Origin: Tubiluchus corallicola
Lineage: Eukaryota > Animalia > Priapulida
Assembly: GCA_030141605.1 (NCBI GenBank)
Contig: JAQGDQ010000029.1
Location: 868,001 to 932,000 of the forward strand
Length of the DNA stretch: 64,000 nt
Direction: 5' to 3'
The translations under genes were made by a program, and so were the position numbers. The notes beneath the pieces are model-generated. The model had not been told where the DNA came from, searched no databases, and was given only the letters and a program-made list of their open reading frames with translations. This document shows, one piece after another, positions 35,996-50,092 of this stretch; position 1 is the stretch's first letter; each line of letters begins with the position of its first letter.

Positions 35996-38900
35996 TGTTT
36001 TGGACGACTTTTCCTAAATTATTTAAGCCCTGATCCTGTATTCTAATGCCTATTGTCATTTTCTGAAAAAATGAGAAACAGCTGTCAGAAGCGCTATGTG
36101 AGTCCATAATGTGACCAAAATAAGTTTTAAAACAACTGATTTTTTTTTCTTAATTTTTTATTTTCTTAAACACATCGGTCAGGATTTTACTGTTTAATAA
36201 AGATAAATGTAATGTCTTCTCCATACCTAATCACTAGTTACAGCTATAAGGGTTTTTTAAATTTGAATTGAATTATCGTTTGGAGCAATTTTATAAATTC
36301 CTAACAACTCTAATTGCAATTGCAATTGTTACCTGAACATTTACCGTTTATGCAAATTAGATTAGCCAAACGACAGGAGCTTCATAATAGGCGCCATACT
36401 GATAATCAGCCATGATATTCTGAATGATCAAATGTTCCTCAATGATGTCTTCGAGGGATAACTGCAATGTTTGAATTTTTTATAAAGGAGTTGTAGTCAT
36501 TTGTACGACACTTATAGGCCTATTCCGCATCTTAGTTTGAGTCTTCTTTCCAGCAGCCGTCATATTAAACCAGTATTAAGCTGTATGGATGACCTTATGG
36601 CTCATGCATCCATAGGGGTCCACCTGGAACAGGCGTGCCCGCAGCTAGGACTGAGTAATCAAATGAAATATTCCTTATTCGCCGATTAGTGGTACAATAG
36701 TTGCGTAGTAGACCACCCATTATAAACCCTACAATAGCTTTTAGTGAACAATAGTATTAAACAGACCGCCCTGATCGCGAACAGCCGAACACTCAAGACA
36801 ACTACGCCTTTGTAAAACTGACGTATATTTTTTATTAATTATTACGATCACGAGTTAAGCACCAGGAATGAAAGATACCCATACGTAATTTGAATCTGGA
36901 CAGTGGTGTCGGAGAAGTTTTTGGACACATGGACAGTGCCGAAACTTATATTTTTCAATCTTTATATGATTTGAACTGTTGAACCTATACTACTTGTGTT
37001 GAGCCGACACACGTCATGAGTTGAGTTTAGCTATTAATTATTATGAAATTTTCAACGCCCAAATTGCATAGGCTCACATAGCTGAAAGCATTTCAACATA
37101 TAGAACATTTGTATAGCCATCTTTTAAACAAATTACTATTTCAGCACAATCGCCAAATAAAAACATCGTGCAGTTATTTGCAACGTTTGCCATTTGAGTG
37201 ACAAACCGCCTACGTCTGAATATCTGAAGATCGTTTGTAATTCAAAACAAAAAGTTGTAAACAAAATCACGATTTTTTTTATAATACTTCTGCTTTTGTT
37301 CTGTTCTCGAGATTCTGTGCTGATAAACTACATACAAATTAATTTCTTAATTGTAGTTCACACTTAGTTTGAGATATTTGTACACAACCCCAAAGTATTA
37401 TTTTTTTTAAGCAGTACAAGACCAGTAGCTCCACTTAACTAGTACGACCCATGTGCCCCATGACCATAACGCACTAAAATAACAACAGCTTAATGCGTGA
37501 CAATTATGCAAACAGCTCTGTTCACACTCGAGTGCGCTCACACCAAGTGTGAATTTCATTAAACCGTTCAGTCTCACCGTAATACAGTATGCACGTGTTG
37601 TAGGACTGTGTAGTGCATGTGAACAGTTGTTTGTCTACTTAAGACCGCGAAATTGTTGTTTAAGTTCGTTTTTTGATAAAGTTTAGAAACGTCTAGTGTC
37701 ACTATCCTTTATAAATTGCGACTTGAACAATATCAATGAAAGGCCTAAACCACAGGCCAACGTTTTTATAATACAGATTGTACTTTGCAAGTACACGATT
37801 TGCGATGATGAAATAGAAATGGTTTCTCTGACGACAGGATCTTGTTTTAAGTGAGTGGTCATTTTTACCGAAACCAGTTTACATAAAAGTAGTTTTATGT
37901 GTTTTGTGAGAAGTTAATCTCAGTGTGAATACTCATTAGGCATGATTACACTACATGTTGCAAGCCAAAATTATTAAGTGAACAGAGGATGTCAATGTTC
38001 TGCAAAAGTTTGATAGTCACATTTTATTACCCGAAAGGGTTTTCGCAGTCGTTACATCATTTTTATGACGACGATGATGATAGTGGTGGTGTTGGTGGTG
38101 GTGGTGATGATGATGATCTTAGGTGGTCCATGTTGCGAACTAAACCTGAATAATTACTAAAGCTGGAAAAGTACAACTGTTAGACTCCTTTTCAGCTTTT
38201 CACTGATCAGTAGATTGCGAGCGAATCGCATTTTGCTGTGTGCTACAAGTTAAAATGACGATGTTCTTGATTATCATTTTTTGTTGCTGTTACAGTCGGT
38301 TTAAAAAACAAAGCACGTGACGATGATACTTAACTTGTAAAACTAACAGAGCACATCATAGTCGCACGCGTTTTTAAATTTAACTTAAATCTCCGGGGGC
38401 CATTTAAAAACGCATCTCACCCCGAAAACCTGATACTCGGAAACTAAACAATACAAGCCAGACGATAATAAACGTGTAAGCCCTATAACGAAGCATGCAT
38501 TATAGAGCCCATAGTAAACATGTCGTTCTGCTGCGTTGAGATGAAATGGGTCTGTTTAAAATGTAGGCATATCAAAAAGTCAGCAATTTTATACGCTCGA
38601 AATTGTTTTGTTGCCTTTATGCGGATGAGACATTGGCAGTTACCACTTAAGCACAGTAACGTATGGCAATATTAAACAACGTGTCTTGACTGTTGTATCT
38701 GGCTATGGTCAGGCTCTGTCCCATGTGCTGTCAAGAAGCAAATGTTCACTTTCAGTAAATACAGCCTGCACTGTGAAGCATTTGTTTTACTGACAGGCCG
38801 ACTGGAGACATTTGTGTAACCTTTTCCCGAAGTACACTGCTGGATAAACTCCTTCTCTGTTTAGCTTTTAGTTTTTATTGACGTCCAAACAGGCTGATTG

Positions 38901-39794
38901 AAACTAATGGCAAACCTCTGAATGGGCTTAGCATCAGACCGCCACGGGCCAATTAACTGGTCGCCGGCTTTAATGCTCTTCTAAAGAAGAGAAAAACTGC
39001 ATATCGCTTTGTGATCTATGCCCATTCTGAGGAGACAGCCGCCACCTGGCCATGTACCTGATTCTGTCCAGGGACCTGACGATCACATTGCGTCCATTAC
39101 CTGACTAATAAATGCACGAGACTGACATGTCTTCCTTAATTAGGGTGCAGTTTGCCATAAACAAAAATCGTCTGACAAAATACAAACGTATCAGTTAGCA
39201 GTACCACTGAGTGTTAGGATACAAAATTCTACAGCTCACTTATATTTTGTAATTAGATTAAATTAAGCTATGAGATACACTTTGTATTTTACACAAATAA
39301 AAATTAGAAAATGCTACTACATGAAGTTTATAGATATAGGCGGTCGAGATTTTTGGTATTTTGAGGTGGCATAAATATTTCTGAAAACTATAACAAAATC
39401 TCAGAGAAATCTAAAGTTACGTAACAGCACAAAAACTGAAGCACTAGCCACTACAACTTATTTTAGGTAACCAGCTATCCAAGAGTCCATTAGGTGTAAA
39501 CAAACCATTAATGGCTGAATATTATATGCTGACCGTCTGAAGACTAGGGGCTAACATTGAGATTAAATAGGCACCTATTCTGTCAGGGTCAACTAGCCGC
39601 AGATCTTGCGCTTGGAAATAATGTGTTGTGTGTTTAATAGCAGACTACTTTTCACTATGATGTGTGCACCTGTTAATACCACAGTTTAGTTAAATAAGTC
39701 TGCAATCATTCATTTTCTGTAGCTACAAGTGACTACACAAAACAAAAATTATAAAATGTGTTGTCTTGTTGTTTTTTGCGATAGTTAGCTGTTC

Positions 39795-39924
<130 letters not shown>

Positions 39925-42382
39925 TTTTATTCTAAAAAATCAGTTCAATGCACGCAAAGCATGTCGCAAAGTTCCTTTTTGAAACCGCGCAATCCCTTAG
40001 GTAATATGTTTTGTTTACCTGCATATGAATTCGTCTTTTCACCTGTTTATTATACCTGAATTTTGGACGAATTTAAACTGCGTTGACAGCAGTTGACATT
40101 CGTCGGTGGTTTAAAAAAGTGCTGTCACTTTCTTCCTTCTGAGATCAAGCAAAGTTTGGTTGGGAAGGAACAGGTTTGCTAGTTTGTTCTGTTGTCCCTC
40201 TAATCATAGTGTAATTAATGGGGTAGTTGACACTGGCTAGGAGACACACCAAACTGTCGACACACATATACCGCCGTGATAGAAGTTTCGAAGATAATGT
40301 CGCTTACAGTAAGACTGGTATTGCAAAAGATTTTAATCGTTCATATTTAATCGCGCTCAGTATATGCACAAAATAGTTTATTATACTACAGTGTCGAATT
40401 TGTTTCTATTTTTTAGAATACACTAGCCGAAACAAGACGGTGAGACACATACTTTCATGCAATGGACATGTTAAACCAACGATATAATTATTGACCAATT
40501 CCAAAGTTCGGTTTACGTGATTCCTAGCTTTTGAACACTGAAATCATGAGATGTGAAAAACCCAGTTCTAAAGTGCCAGGCATCGTGATAGCACTAGTTT
40601 GCATTGGCACAGATTGTAATAATTGATCGAGCGAACAAAAGAGCAGAGAAAGACAGCAGTTCCTGCAGGCAGAAAACGGTGATTTACAGTGAATTTTGGA
40701 TTGTTGTGACACGCACATCAGCTGTAAACCGTGACAAACCTTGGTAAGTTTTATTGTAGTTTAAGCTGTTAAAGTTAATTCACTTAAGGTGCTTTCCATT
40801 TCTTGCACAGACTAACGTGTTGGTGGTCAATAAACCGCTCGCTGAGCTTCTGTGGAAGCTGGCTGAACGGGGGCAGGTCATGGGGTGGGAATCAGTTCTT
40901 GTCGGCGCAGGAAGAAGGCGGAGAAGAGCAAATAATATGCAATTATTTTGTGGTATGCGCGGTTTTTTGTAGCTATTATACTTGTTGTTTTTGCTTGGCA
41001 GTTATTATTTATCTGTAAAAGATTTCAGCCAGGTTTGGGCAGCGTTACTATTTCTAATTATGATAGTTCTGGGTTTTCAAGGACAGTCAGTCCATCTTGA
41101 TTACAATGACAGTAATAACGCGGCCGCACACTGTAAACACAGCATGTCTTGACCCTTCAGCTATCTGTTTTGTACGCCTTAACTCATCCCTAATTATAGT
41201 ACTTGCCTACTGAGACATTAAATTATAGGCTTCCATTGTATTCTTGTCATGATATCTTTCAGACATAAATTAATTACTTTGAAGAATTCATGCCTAATAT
41301 AGCTCCTAGTGGTGATAAAATTACTTTGTTAAATTTTTTTGGAAGGAGTATTCAGTCCTAGGCAAAGCTGATTATTTACCAACTGCAGTGAAAATGGACA
41401 ATAAATTTTATTGCACACATGCAAAGATTAATAATCATCACATATGTAACAGAAAAACACATGATTTGGATTCTTTCAAAAAGTAATAATGACGAGTTAA
41501 AATTTTTATTTTTACTGTGACTATTATACTAATTTATGAAGTAAAAACGTAAAAATGGATAAACGTGACTTGATTTGCGTTTATTATAATTAAAGTCAAG
41601 TACATGCAAGTTTGTAGGAAGCTTTAGGTTAGAATGTGATTTGGCTCTACTTTTTCAATCCCGGGCTAATTTTCAACGGTACAGCATGAATGAATGGCTT
41701 ACTCCATGAGTGAACATACATAGGTACTTAAATTTACACAGGAATGTTTTGGTTGTAGTAATTTCCATTCCACTGCTCACAACTTGACTAACCAACCTGT
41801 TAAAAAGCTACTGATTCCCTGCTCTTTATTAACCGTGATAAATTTAATGACTTACCTGGCGGCCTCGGCCCTTTGATCTGCGTCCCGAAAGATTACAAAT
41901 ATCTTATCTGGCACTGCAAGGTGGGATGTGTACATATACTTTACACCTGTACACACCTGGCCACCGATTCACTGCTCTTTTGAACAGTAAACTTCATTTA
42001 ACAGCAAATAACACAGGAACCGTGCGTGGTTGACTGATAAATTGACATACTGCAGAGAGCGTTTACCTGCTAAAATTTAAACTTGTTAATTACAGAAGCA
42101 TAATAATGTACCTTGTTAACTATAATCTCATTTTAGGATTTAATTTAACTCACGCAGGTAAGGAATGTAATGGTGATAATACATAACCTTTATTTAAATT
42201 GCCTTTAAAGACAACAAGCAGTACAGTCTGCTATGAGGACTACATCGCTGAGTGTAAATGACAGACTATATAATTATATAACTGCTAAACAGAGATCATT
42301 ATTACCCCGCTTCTAGTCTAAATACTACGCGCCAACAGCAGCAGCATGTACCGGTGACACCAGCTTTTAAAGTCTGGTGATA

Positions 42383-42456
42383 CCCGCCAGCGGTGTCGAA
42401 CCCGCGACCTCTTAGATAGAAAGCAGCGCGCTATCCATTCGACTGCACTGTCTGAC
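42383..42456 (-). mobile_element. tRNA(Arg)-like SINE head or tRNA pseudogene
   Basis: Minus strand ...CGAATGGATAGCGCG...TTCTA...AGGTCGCGGGTTCGACACCGC; clear B-box and T-arm; acceptor and anticodon stems do not pair properly. Confidence 0.6.
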
Positions 42457-43441
42457 AAATATGATTATTTCTTTTTAGTTTACTGCTTAAAAGGAATTCC
42501 TTCATATATGTGTTGCCACAAGTGAACCAAACACAGTATTGTAAACGATCAATAAAAATTATTGCAAGTAGCCTATATGCGTGGTAAATACCAAGAGTAT
42601 CAAACCTGGTATAAGTCATCGCGTACTCAAAGATAAAAGCCATTTTTCTTTAATGCTGTTAAGGGTGAGCTGCTTAGTTCCATAGCGCCCATATAAACGT
42701 TAATTAAGCTAAAAAGAAGTAGCTGTCTAATTCCTTAATGTGCCTAGAAGCTCTACTTCTCCCTGCATATTTATAAAAGGTTGCATGGCGTTTATGCTCG
42801 TGTCACAGCATCTTGTTACCTTTCAACAGTTTAGATTTTTTTGGCATAGTTAGTTTTTTTTGCCTCAGATGGGACAGGAAAGCCTTCGGGTTGAGGTCTC
42901 CTTTCCGTAGTCGTCAGAACATGATTTATTTCATAACTCTGTTCCTATTGCGCATTGTTTCAAACAAATTACGTAAAAAAACAGGCCTGACTAGATTGAG
43001 ATTAGATTAAGATTTTTATCTCGTCACTGAAAGCCATACATGTAACATATATGCAAGAGTGCCATAAAATTAAAATTGTGGGACAATGATATGTAAAAAT
43101 ATGGGTCAAATGATCGTTCCATACATAAGGCAATTCAGATCGACAAAATACGTCAGAAAGGACAACATTAGTTAACGAACTATTAATTTCCTACTCTTCA
43201 TTCAGCGTGTTTGACCCACAGATGTTTGAAAATCTGACATGCAACCACGCCAATCATTCGCCCCCCTCCCAAAGTCAGTTGACTTTCTCACTTTTTGGTA
43301 GAATAAACTCAACCGTTACTGTTTTTCGCCTTCAGTGAACTAGTTCAGCTGTCGAAAAAAATTTGATAAATAATGTCGTTTTTGTCATTTTTTAGAATCA
43401 CGTCATGGTTACCACCTGCAGCGGTTTTTCGAACAAGTTTT

Positions 43442-43553
43442 TTCTCTAACTCTTTCACCTGTAGTTTATCAATAGTAGGCTGTTTCGCTTATCCCGCTTC
43501 TCTAACCCTTTCACCTGTAATTTATCAATATTAGGTTGTTTCGCATGTCCTGC
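43442..43553. repeat. Two-copy 56-bp tandem duplication
   Basis: Unit TTCTCTAAC(T/C)CTTTCACCTGTA(G/A)TTTATCAATA... starts at 43442 and 43498. Confidence 0.9.
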
Positions 43554-44232
43554 CATGAAGTTAAAAGACAAGTGTTTATAAACATGACGTTTTCGCTTTG
43601 TGTTTGCAGAGTCATTTTTTTGACAGATTGTGAATAACAATACCCATGTTAGCTGAATAATCATCATTAATAAAAGTTGCAAAATACAATGTAGGGCGAT
43701 TGGTAAAGGTCTTGTAATAATGCTATATGTGTAATAATATAATGGTCGGAAGGGTGACGGTCGGAGGAAAGTCGCTTTTAACTAGCCGAAAATTTTTAAC
43801 CCGGTTGACGTTTTTAACCAGTTATCTTGTCCCAGCTATACGGAAGATGCCTTATATAAAGCTTGAAAATTCGTCTTGAAATTTTATACCACTTACGTAC
43901 TGCCCTTTTGCAAACAGGATTTGCGTTGGGAGTAACGCTGTTTAAAACATGTAAATTTAAACTCCCACGACACCGTTAGACGCAGCCATTTTGACGATAG
44001 TCATTTGAAACAAATTTAGAGAACACTGAGTAAAGTTTGAAAAAATAATCAGAGCATTCGTAACGCCCACGTCACTAACTAAGTAAAATTTTTATTTACC
44101 GTGCTTTGTCAATAGGATAAAAAAATACGTTTTTTGGTTAGTGATTGGTGCACCCTGTAAGGTTAGTCAGCGACATTTTACCAATTGGTTTTTGATGCAA
44201 TGCCTTTTCTTCCCCTGATTTATACTGTGCGA

Positions 44233-44235
<3 letters not shown>

Positions 44236-44268
<33 letters not shown>
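44236..44268. repeat. (TA)n microsatellite
   Basis: Directly visible. Confidence 0.95.
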
Positions 44269-44271
<3 letters not shown>

Positions 44272-46734
44272 GTCATGTAATGGCGCTGTCGGAACAGTAT
44301 TGCTGGAGATTTAAAATGAAAACGAACGAAAAAATCCTTTCAACGCGAGTACGATATACGCATGAAATTGTATAATTTTTTAAGGCCATTTTTCTGAAAC
44401 CTACTCTAGGTTCCCCTTTTCTTGTCCTTTAAAAATGTCAATTTAGGTAAAGTTGTAGTAATTAAAGCGTTTCCAAATTTTACACTATTGAAATTCATAA
44501 ACGTATACACGATGTTTTCTTACTTAATAAATATAGCCTACATATTTGTTTTATGCAGTTTGCTCACCGCAAACCGGTATCAAGCAGTCAGTGGCAGGTC
44601 TACACATTACGTCGACGCTTGTAGCGAGACCAAAACTTAGCTCACTGTCAAAAATAATTCATTTTAACAGTTTAGTGTCTTTAAATCGGAGGCAGTAAAC
44701 ATGGAAACCCGTTGCGTGTAACCGTCTTTCCCCAGCGAGAGAAGTACCTGAGCTTTGTAGTAAACATGCTTGGCAGATTAAAACGTTCAGAAGCGATCAC
44801 CCATATATTTACTACACAAACACTGTATTGCCTAACTTTGGTCGCTAGAGACATACACAAAAGATACGTTCATTAACAGTTAATTCTTATTTCAATTTCA
44901 AATTGTTAATACATAATATAGAAAAAAAGTTAACGGCCAAGAAGATATTATATATATTACATTACATATAATGTGTTATGCTAGCCATGGACAATAATCA
45001 AAGTACGATATTCAGCGACTACTTGTTTGATGTCTTCAAGTAAAAAATAAGTTCCAGACATTTACCAACAGTAGGTCTCTTTGGGTATCTCGATAATTTC
45101 AGTAATTATGTTGCTACTTCGGTAGATTTTTATTAAATTAACAGGCCGGTATAATAATAAACTCAGGTTACAGTCTTGCCAATTGATAGTTTAACTGTCC
45201 CGGGTAGCAAGGTCATTTGACTGCAAATTGTTTTATGGTGATAAATTGTCCTACCCCTAGCATTTACTACCACATAGGCCGATTGACTACAACACACTGT
45301 ACTAGCTCAGTATTCGGGCGACATTAATATTACATTTATTTAGTGACTGATTTTCTAGAACATTTCTAGAAAATTTTTACGACACTTTGGTTATGACTGT
45401 AGAACATCTTGCATTTAGTTTGATTCTTGCCAGTTTCATAGTTTTAATGTTTTGAGAGAATGCACCAAACAAGCCAGCACAAAACTATCATGAGCATTTG
45501 CCCAGTTTTGCGGATTGTCTAGCATTTGAGTTAAATTTCCAGCTGCTTTACAATGCAAGTTTATATGATACAGACCTCTTGTTTTTAGATGAAGTGCTGT
45601 TGAAGTTTTTTAAAACTTGAAGATTTTCTGTCAGGTAAGAGATAAGGATATGGTAACAAAAGTTCTGAAAATAGATAAATATGCTAAGTTTTGCAATTAT
45701 AAGATTTAAGAATGATTCTGCGAATTTATTACGAGTTACCAAGCCCCTTGAAATATGAGATATCACGTAAAAAACCGCAATATCTGTGCGATTGAAAAAA
45801 ATTGCCAAATCTTGCAATTAACAAGTAAATGGTTCAAACACTTGTATTAATTTCATTCGAAAACTTGCATTAATCATTAATAATATATTAATTTAATATT
45901 TCTTAATACATACTATTACCACTGTTTTGTGTTCTTGTAAAAAACGGAGAAAGTTCAGGTTTGCCGCCAGTCTTTTCTTTGAACCCTGATGGCAGTGAGG
46001 CAAAGACTGGGAATTTTGTAGTGTGTGGTTTGCGCTTTTGGCGTGAATATATTATTTTCCCTGCTATACTGACCCATATCCTGTATTAAAAGTGCATACC
46101 TTTCACCTTTTCTCTGTGAGGGATTTAAAACTGAATGCAGTGAGCAAATATACTAGAGAATAGACTAATGCTTGATGAACCTCGCTTGCGTGCAGTGACT
46201 GTCGTTTGGCAAATAAACCATACTGAAGCTGCTTCACTCTCCCGAAATAAAAAAGAGGACCTGTTTTATAATCCCCCCAAGTGTTGCCAAGGGCCCTTTT
46301 CTTATTATTACGGGCGAACAATATGCCAATATTTTGGCAAAATTGTCACGTGTGGGAGTAATCATTATTATCACCAGCAGACTTCTGGAATGCGCCTTGC
46401 TGTATTTATAGACTTAATGTACAAGAGTGAAGACTTAGACATTACAGGTGTATTAAGTGGTAGTGCAATTTTTTCCACAAATTATTTTCTAACCGCAATT
46501 ACGAATTTACAATATGACATTTTTAATTTTTGGCATCAGATGTACATATCCTTATTACCTAGCATCAATAAGTTTTGTAAAGTATTGTTCGTCCATACTG
46601 TTAATTTTCATCTTTCGTCTCAATTAATGCGCTTCAAAATGCTTCTATGACACCTTTGTTTTTATTCTTTGCACTATTTTTTTGCTTGTTGCTGCTGTTT
46701 ATACTAATGCAACTATAACACTTGCTTATGCAAT

Positions 46735-47050
46735 GACTACTGCCATTGGTAGTGGCGGTGGTGCTATCTATGATGGTTGACAGGGCAGTAAGTTCATTTG
46801 TCGTTGTTGCTTACGCTGTAATTGGTGCTGCTGTTGCTGTTGCTATGATTGCAGCTGTCGTTGTTGCTTTTGTTACTGCTGTCACTGGTATTGGCGTTAG
46901 TGATGGTAACACGGGCGGTGGTTTTCGTCATCATTTTTGCTGCTACTGCTGCTACCGATACTGCTATTGGTGTCGCTGTCGATGTTGTGATTGTCATTTC
47001 CTTGTCGCGTTGCTGTTGCTTTTGTGGTTGCTGTTATCGCACTATTGCCG
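46735..47050. repeat. Degenerate trinucleotide (GCT/GTT/GGT) low-complexity tract
   Basis: 3-nt periodicity gives overlapping V/A-, L- and T/N-rich ORFs in several frames. Confidence 0.8.
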
Positions 47051-48328
47051 ATGCTCCCATTAAATTCATGGTGGTAAGGACAAGAACAGGGTAAATCTGC
47101 TATATAACTTATTTTTGCGAATTTAGGGACGTTATAAGAGCGAATATTATAGCAGTCTGATCAATTACATTGTAGACTGCATGTTCTTGTAGCCGTGTTC
47201 AATAACTGTTTGAAAGCGTGAATCGACCAGCAAGTTTTTCTTTCTTATTTTTTTCACGTTCCTAAAAATTTCCGAGACGTAGTTGTAGATGTAATCAGTC
47301 TCCAAATTAAACAGTCTCCAAATTACCAGTAGTTTAACACACCACAATCAGTTACTGGGTTGCATATAAGCGCTGTATAACTATATTGTATAATCTGCAC
47401 AATTAATACATAAAAGCTGTTACACCGCAGGCAAAGTTGCTGATTATTGCGGTCGAATAAATTCATAGAGGCCAGGCTACACGAATAACCAGCCAGAATC
47501 AGCTTTCGTTTCTTACTTTCCAAAGTAAAAAACAAACATGATACAGATACCTAGTTTAAATTTGTCTGTTAGGATTTGTGTCTCAGCAGAATTCTGCAAT
47601 TATTTGTCGGTGAGCTTTTGTTTGGCACCTTCCAACTGTTTGTAATTCTTAATTTAAAACATCGTCTATGTCTGTTGTCTGTTGTAAATGGATTAAAACG
47701 CAATTTCGTGCTTTGTTTACTTGCCTGCATTTTTTACTTTGGAACATTCATCAGATAAAGAAGACTTATGTGGAATTGGGTAACCAGATACGTAGAGATA
47801 GATAGCAGTATCTTATCTTTAGGAATAATTATTCCATCTTTCAAGTCCTTCTTAGTGTGATTAATTTAATTTAGAAGTTCAACAATTAATTAGAACAGTG
47901 AAAGTGCTGTATTACTAGTGTTTTAACAACCAGAGCGAAAGTTTTTTAAGATTTAAAGAGATTAAAAATACCAGCGTTGGCCTAATTAGCGCATTGGAAA
48001 TTGCGCAGTAAGCAAATAGAATTTAAGATAAAAATTTTAAGTTTTCCATACCTGTCAGGTTGAGTTATTATCTATCTGATTAGTGCGCTAAAGGTGTTAT
48101 CGGGTTTGCGGGGCGTAAAAGTATTGAAATATGAATTATGTCGAATTAGACGAGACTTTTTTCGTTGAAAATACGGGGTTACCGCTCCCTTGTGGGATTA
48201 AAATACAAAATAAAACATTGTATGGAAAATACTCACGAAATGATAACCTATTTAGACTTATCAAAAATCTTGTGTACAATCTTTCGTAAAGTCCATATTT
48301 TTGTACATCTTTTTGTTGTACACGAGTT

Positions 48329-48329
<1 letters not shown>

Positions 48330-48408
<79 letters not shown>
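48330..48408. repeat. (CT)n microsatellite
   Basis: About 39 perfect units. Confidence 0.97.
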
Positions 48409-48412
<4 letters not shown>

Positions 48413-49980
48413 GCTCTCAAAGCAAATTGACCTCTTCTGTGCAGATATTGTGCAATTTCTTCTCCTCACTGGCCCTATATGCATCCACAAATTAAGAAAC
48501 CAAACAAAAGGGAGAAAAACAAAATCAAGGAGGCCTTTTTTGTGTACTTTCCTTGGTTTATATGCAGTTCGGTTAAGATTCCTGTGAGCTGAAATTGTTT
48601 CACAGTAGATCATGTCAACATACCATCCTCTGACTTTGCTTAGCAAATACATGTAGTTTGCTTCTGTTGTTTTTTGAACTGTCCTAGACCGTGAACTGTT
48701 AATTCTACACGTCCTCACTATACCTGGCGGTTCCGTCAAATAATTGCCGGAGTTGGTACAGAAGGAACACGCTGGATTGCATGTATACATAGCTGCACTT
48801 AACGCGTCATGATCCCTAAATTGTCTTGTTCATCTTCTTCCTTTCTTTATCCAGAAAAGATCGCGCAATTCAAATTGATTGAGGAAGTGGGGGATCAAAA
48901 GAGAAGAATGATTTGTGTTGGTTTTGCTATAAATGTCTAAACCCTGATCATTGGTATGGTGTGATTGTAACTGAATTGCAGGATTTATGTTGCAACAAGC
49001 CTATCATTGTTTGTATGGTAACGAACACGAATCATTGAAAAATATAAGTAAATTACTGGAAAAGTTGTACGATTTAGTGAACGTTTACAATTTTTAAAAG
49101 CACCACAGAACGACGAAACAACTAAAATGTTTTTACATGCGGATAAGAAATGGTACAAGCAGTGTAATATTTCTAATACAGCCATGCTGTAGTAATAACA
49201 GTCTAATAGACTATGATGATTAAATTCTTAAATCAACTGAAATGCTGCTATGCACCTATTATTAACGCAACATACAGATGTAGTATCACCAGTACGTTTT
49301 TTTCTGCCCTTATGCAACAAAACGGCAAACCTTAAGTCCCTTTGGAGTGCTGATAAAGGGAGAAGAGATTTGAGGTTTCACATTTCTTTCAGAAGGATAG
49401 AGAATATAACACACTCGTGATACACTAGTGATAACACCATCTAACCGCACTTAGCGGCGTTTCTCTCTTTGGCTAAGGCTGGAGTTGCATGCGTAATGTA
49501 TTATGCAATTCGTATCTTCGCTTTCAATTATTTAACAATAGCTCGTGCTTCCTGAGTGGCTTTGTAAATGGTAGGCGGTACCTCGCTACCTTGAACTATT
49601 CACACATCGAATTGTGTCACAAAGTGTGCCTTTGTCTTTATCAGAACAGAATGACACTAGGTTGTAAGTGGGCACTTTGTGTGTGAAGATTTGACGTGCC
49701 CTTGCTTTGAGGCAAACCTAATCATGGTTATGCAGACTGATATAAATTATAATGCAACAATAGCTAAGAATGAGCTAATTAATGAATGACTTTCGCCTTT
49801 TGCAAGTAATTGCCTACATTTGGTTCGGCACACATTTTCTTATAATCACGTGGAAACTTACTACTTAATGACGTGCAATTCTTTGAGTGGTTATTGCTGG
49901 TTGGAAAATTGTCCTTCTGTTTGCTTTTACCCCCTCCCCCTTGCATTTGCATTTTTTATGACATGGATGAGTCAGGGTGA

Positions 49981-50092
49981 CGAATCCAGGTAAAAAGTCA
50001 CAAAAAAGTAACAGGAAAAAAGGCACGGGAAAAAAGAAATTACCATAACTCTAGCCAAGATTGACTTTTGCCTGTGACTGACTTTTTTACGT
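49981..50092. mobile_element. Collapsed copy of the subterminal-repeat DNA element family
   Basis: Terminus CGAATCCAGGTAAAAAGTCACA; direct G(G/T)AAAAAAG(G/T)CAC repeats, then inverted TGACTTTT units. Confidence 0.5.

Noticed and set aside
41850-41860. U1 snRNA gene (ACTTACCTGGC)
   Set aside because: Only the first 11 nt match; there is no U1 body or Sm site downstream.
42383-42456. Functional tRNA gene
   Set aside because: Acceptor and anticodon stems cannot form properly.
43740-44159. Second mariner MITE ending CACCCTG|TA
   Set aside because: I could not find a matching left inverted repeat.
46168-47094. ORFs of 160, 105, 81 and 67 aa
   Set aside because: No domain-like sequence; three of them derive from a degenerate trinucleotide tract.
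48136-48790. ORFs with (ER)n or (SL)n runs
   Set aside because: Products of the (CT)n microsatellite.
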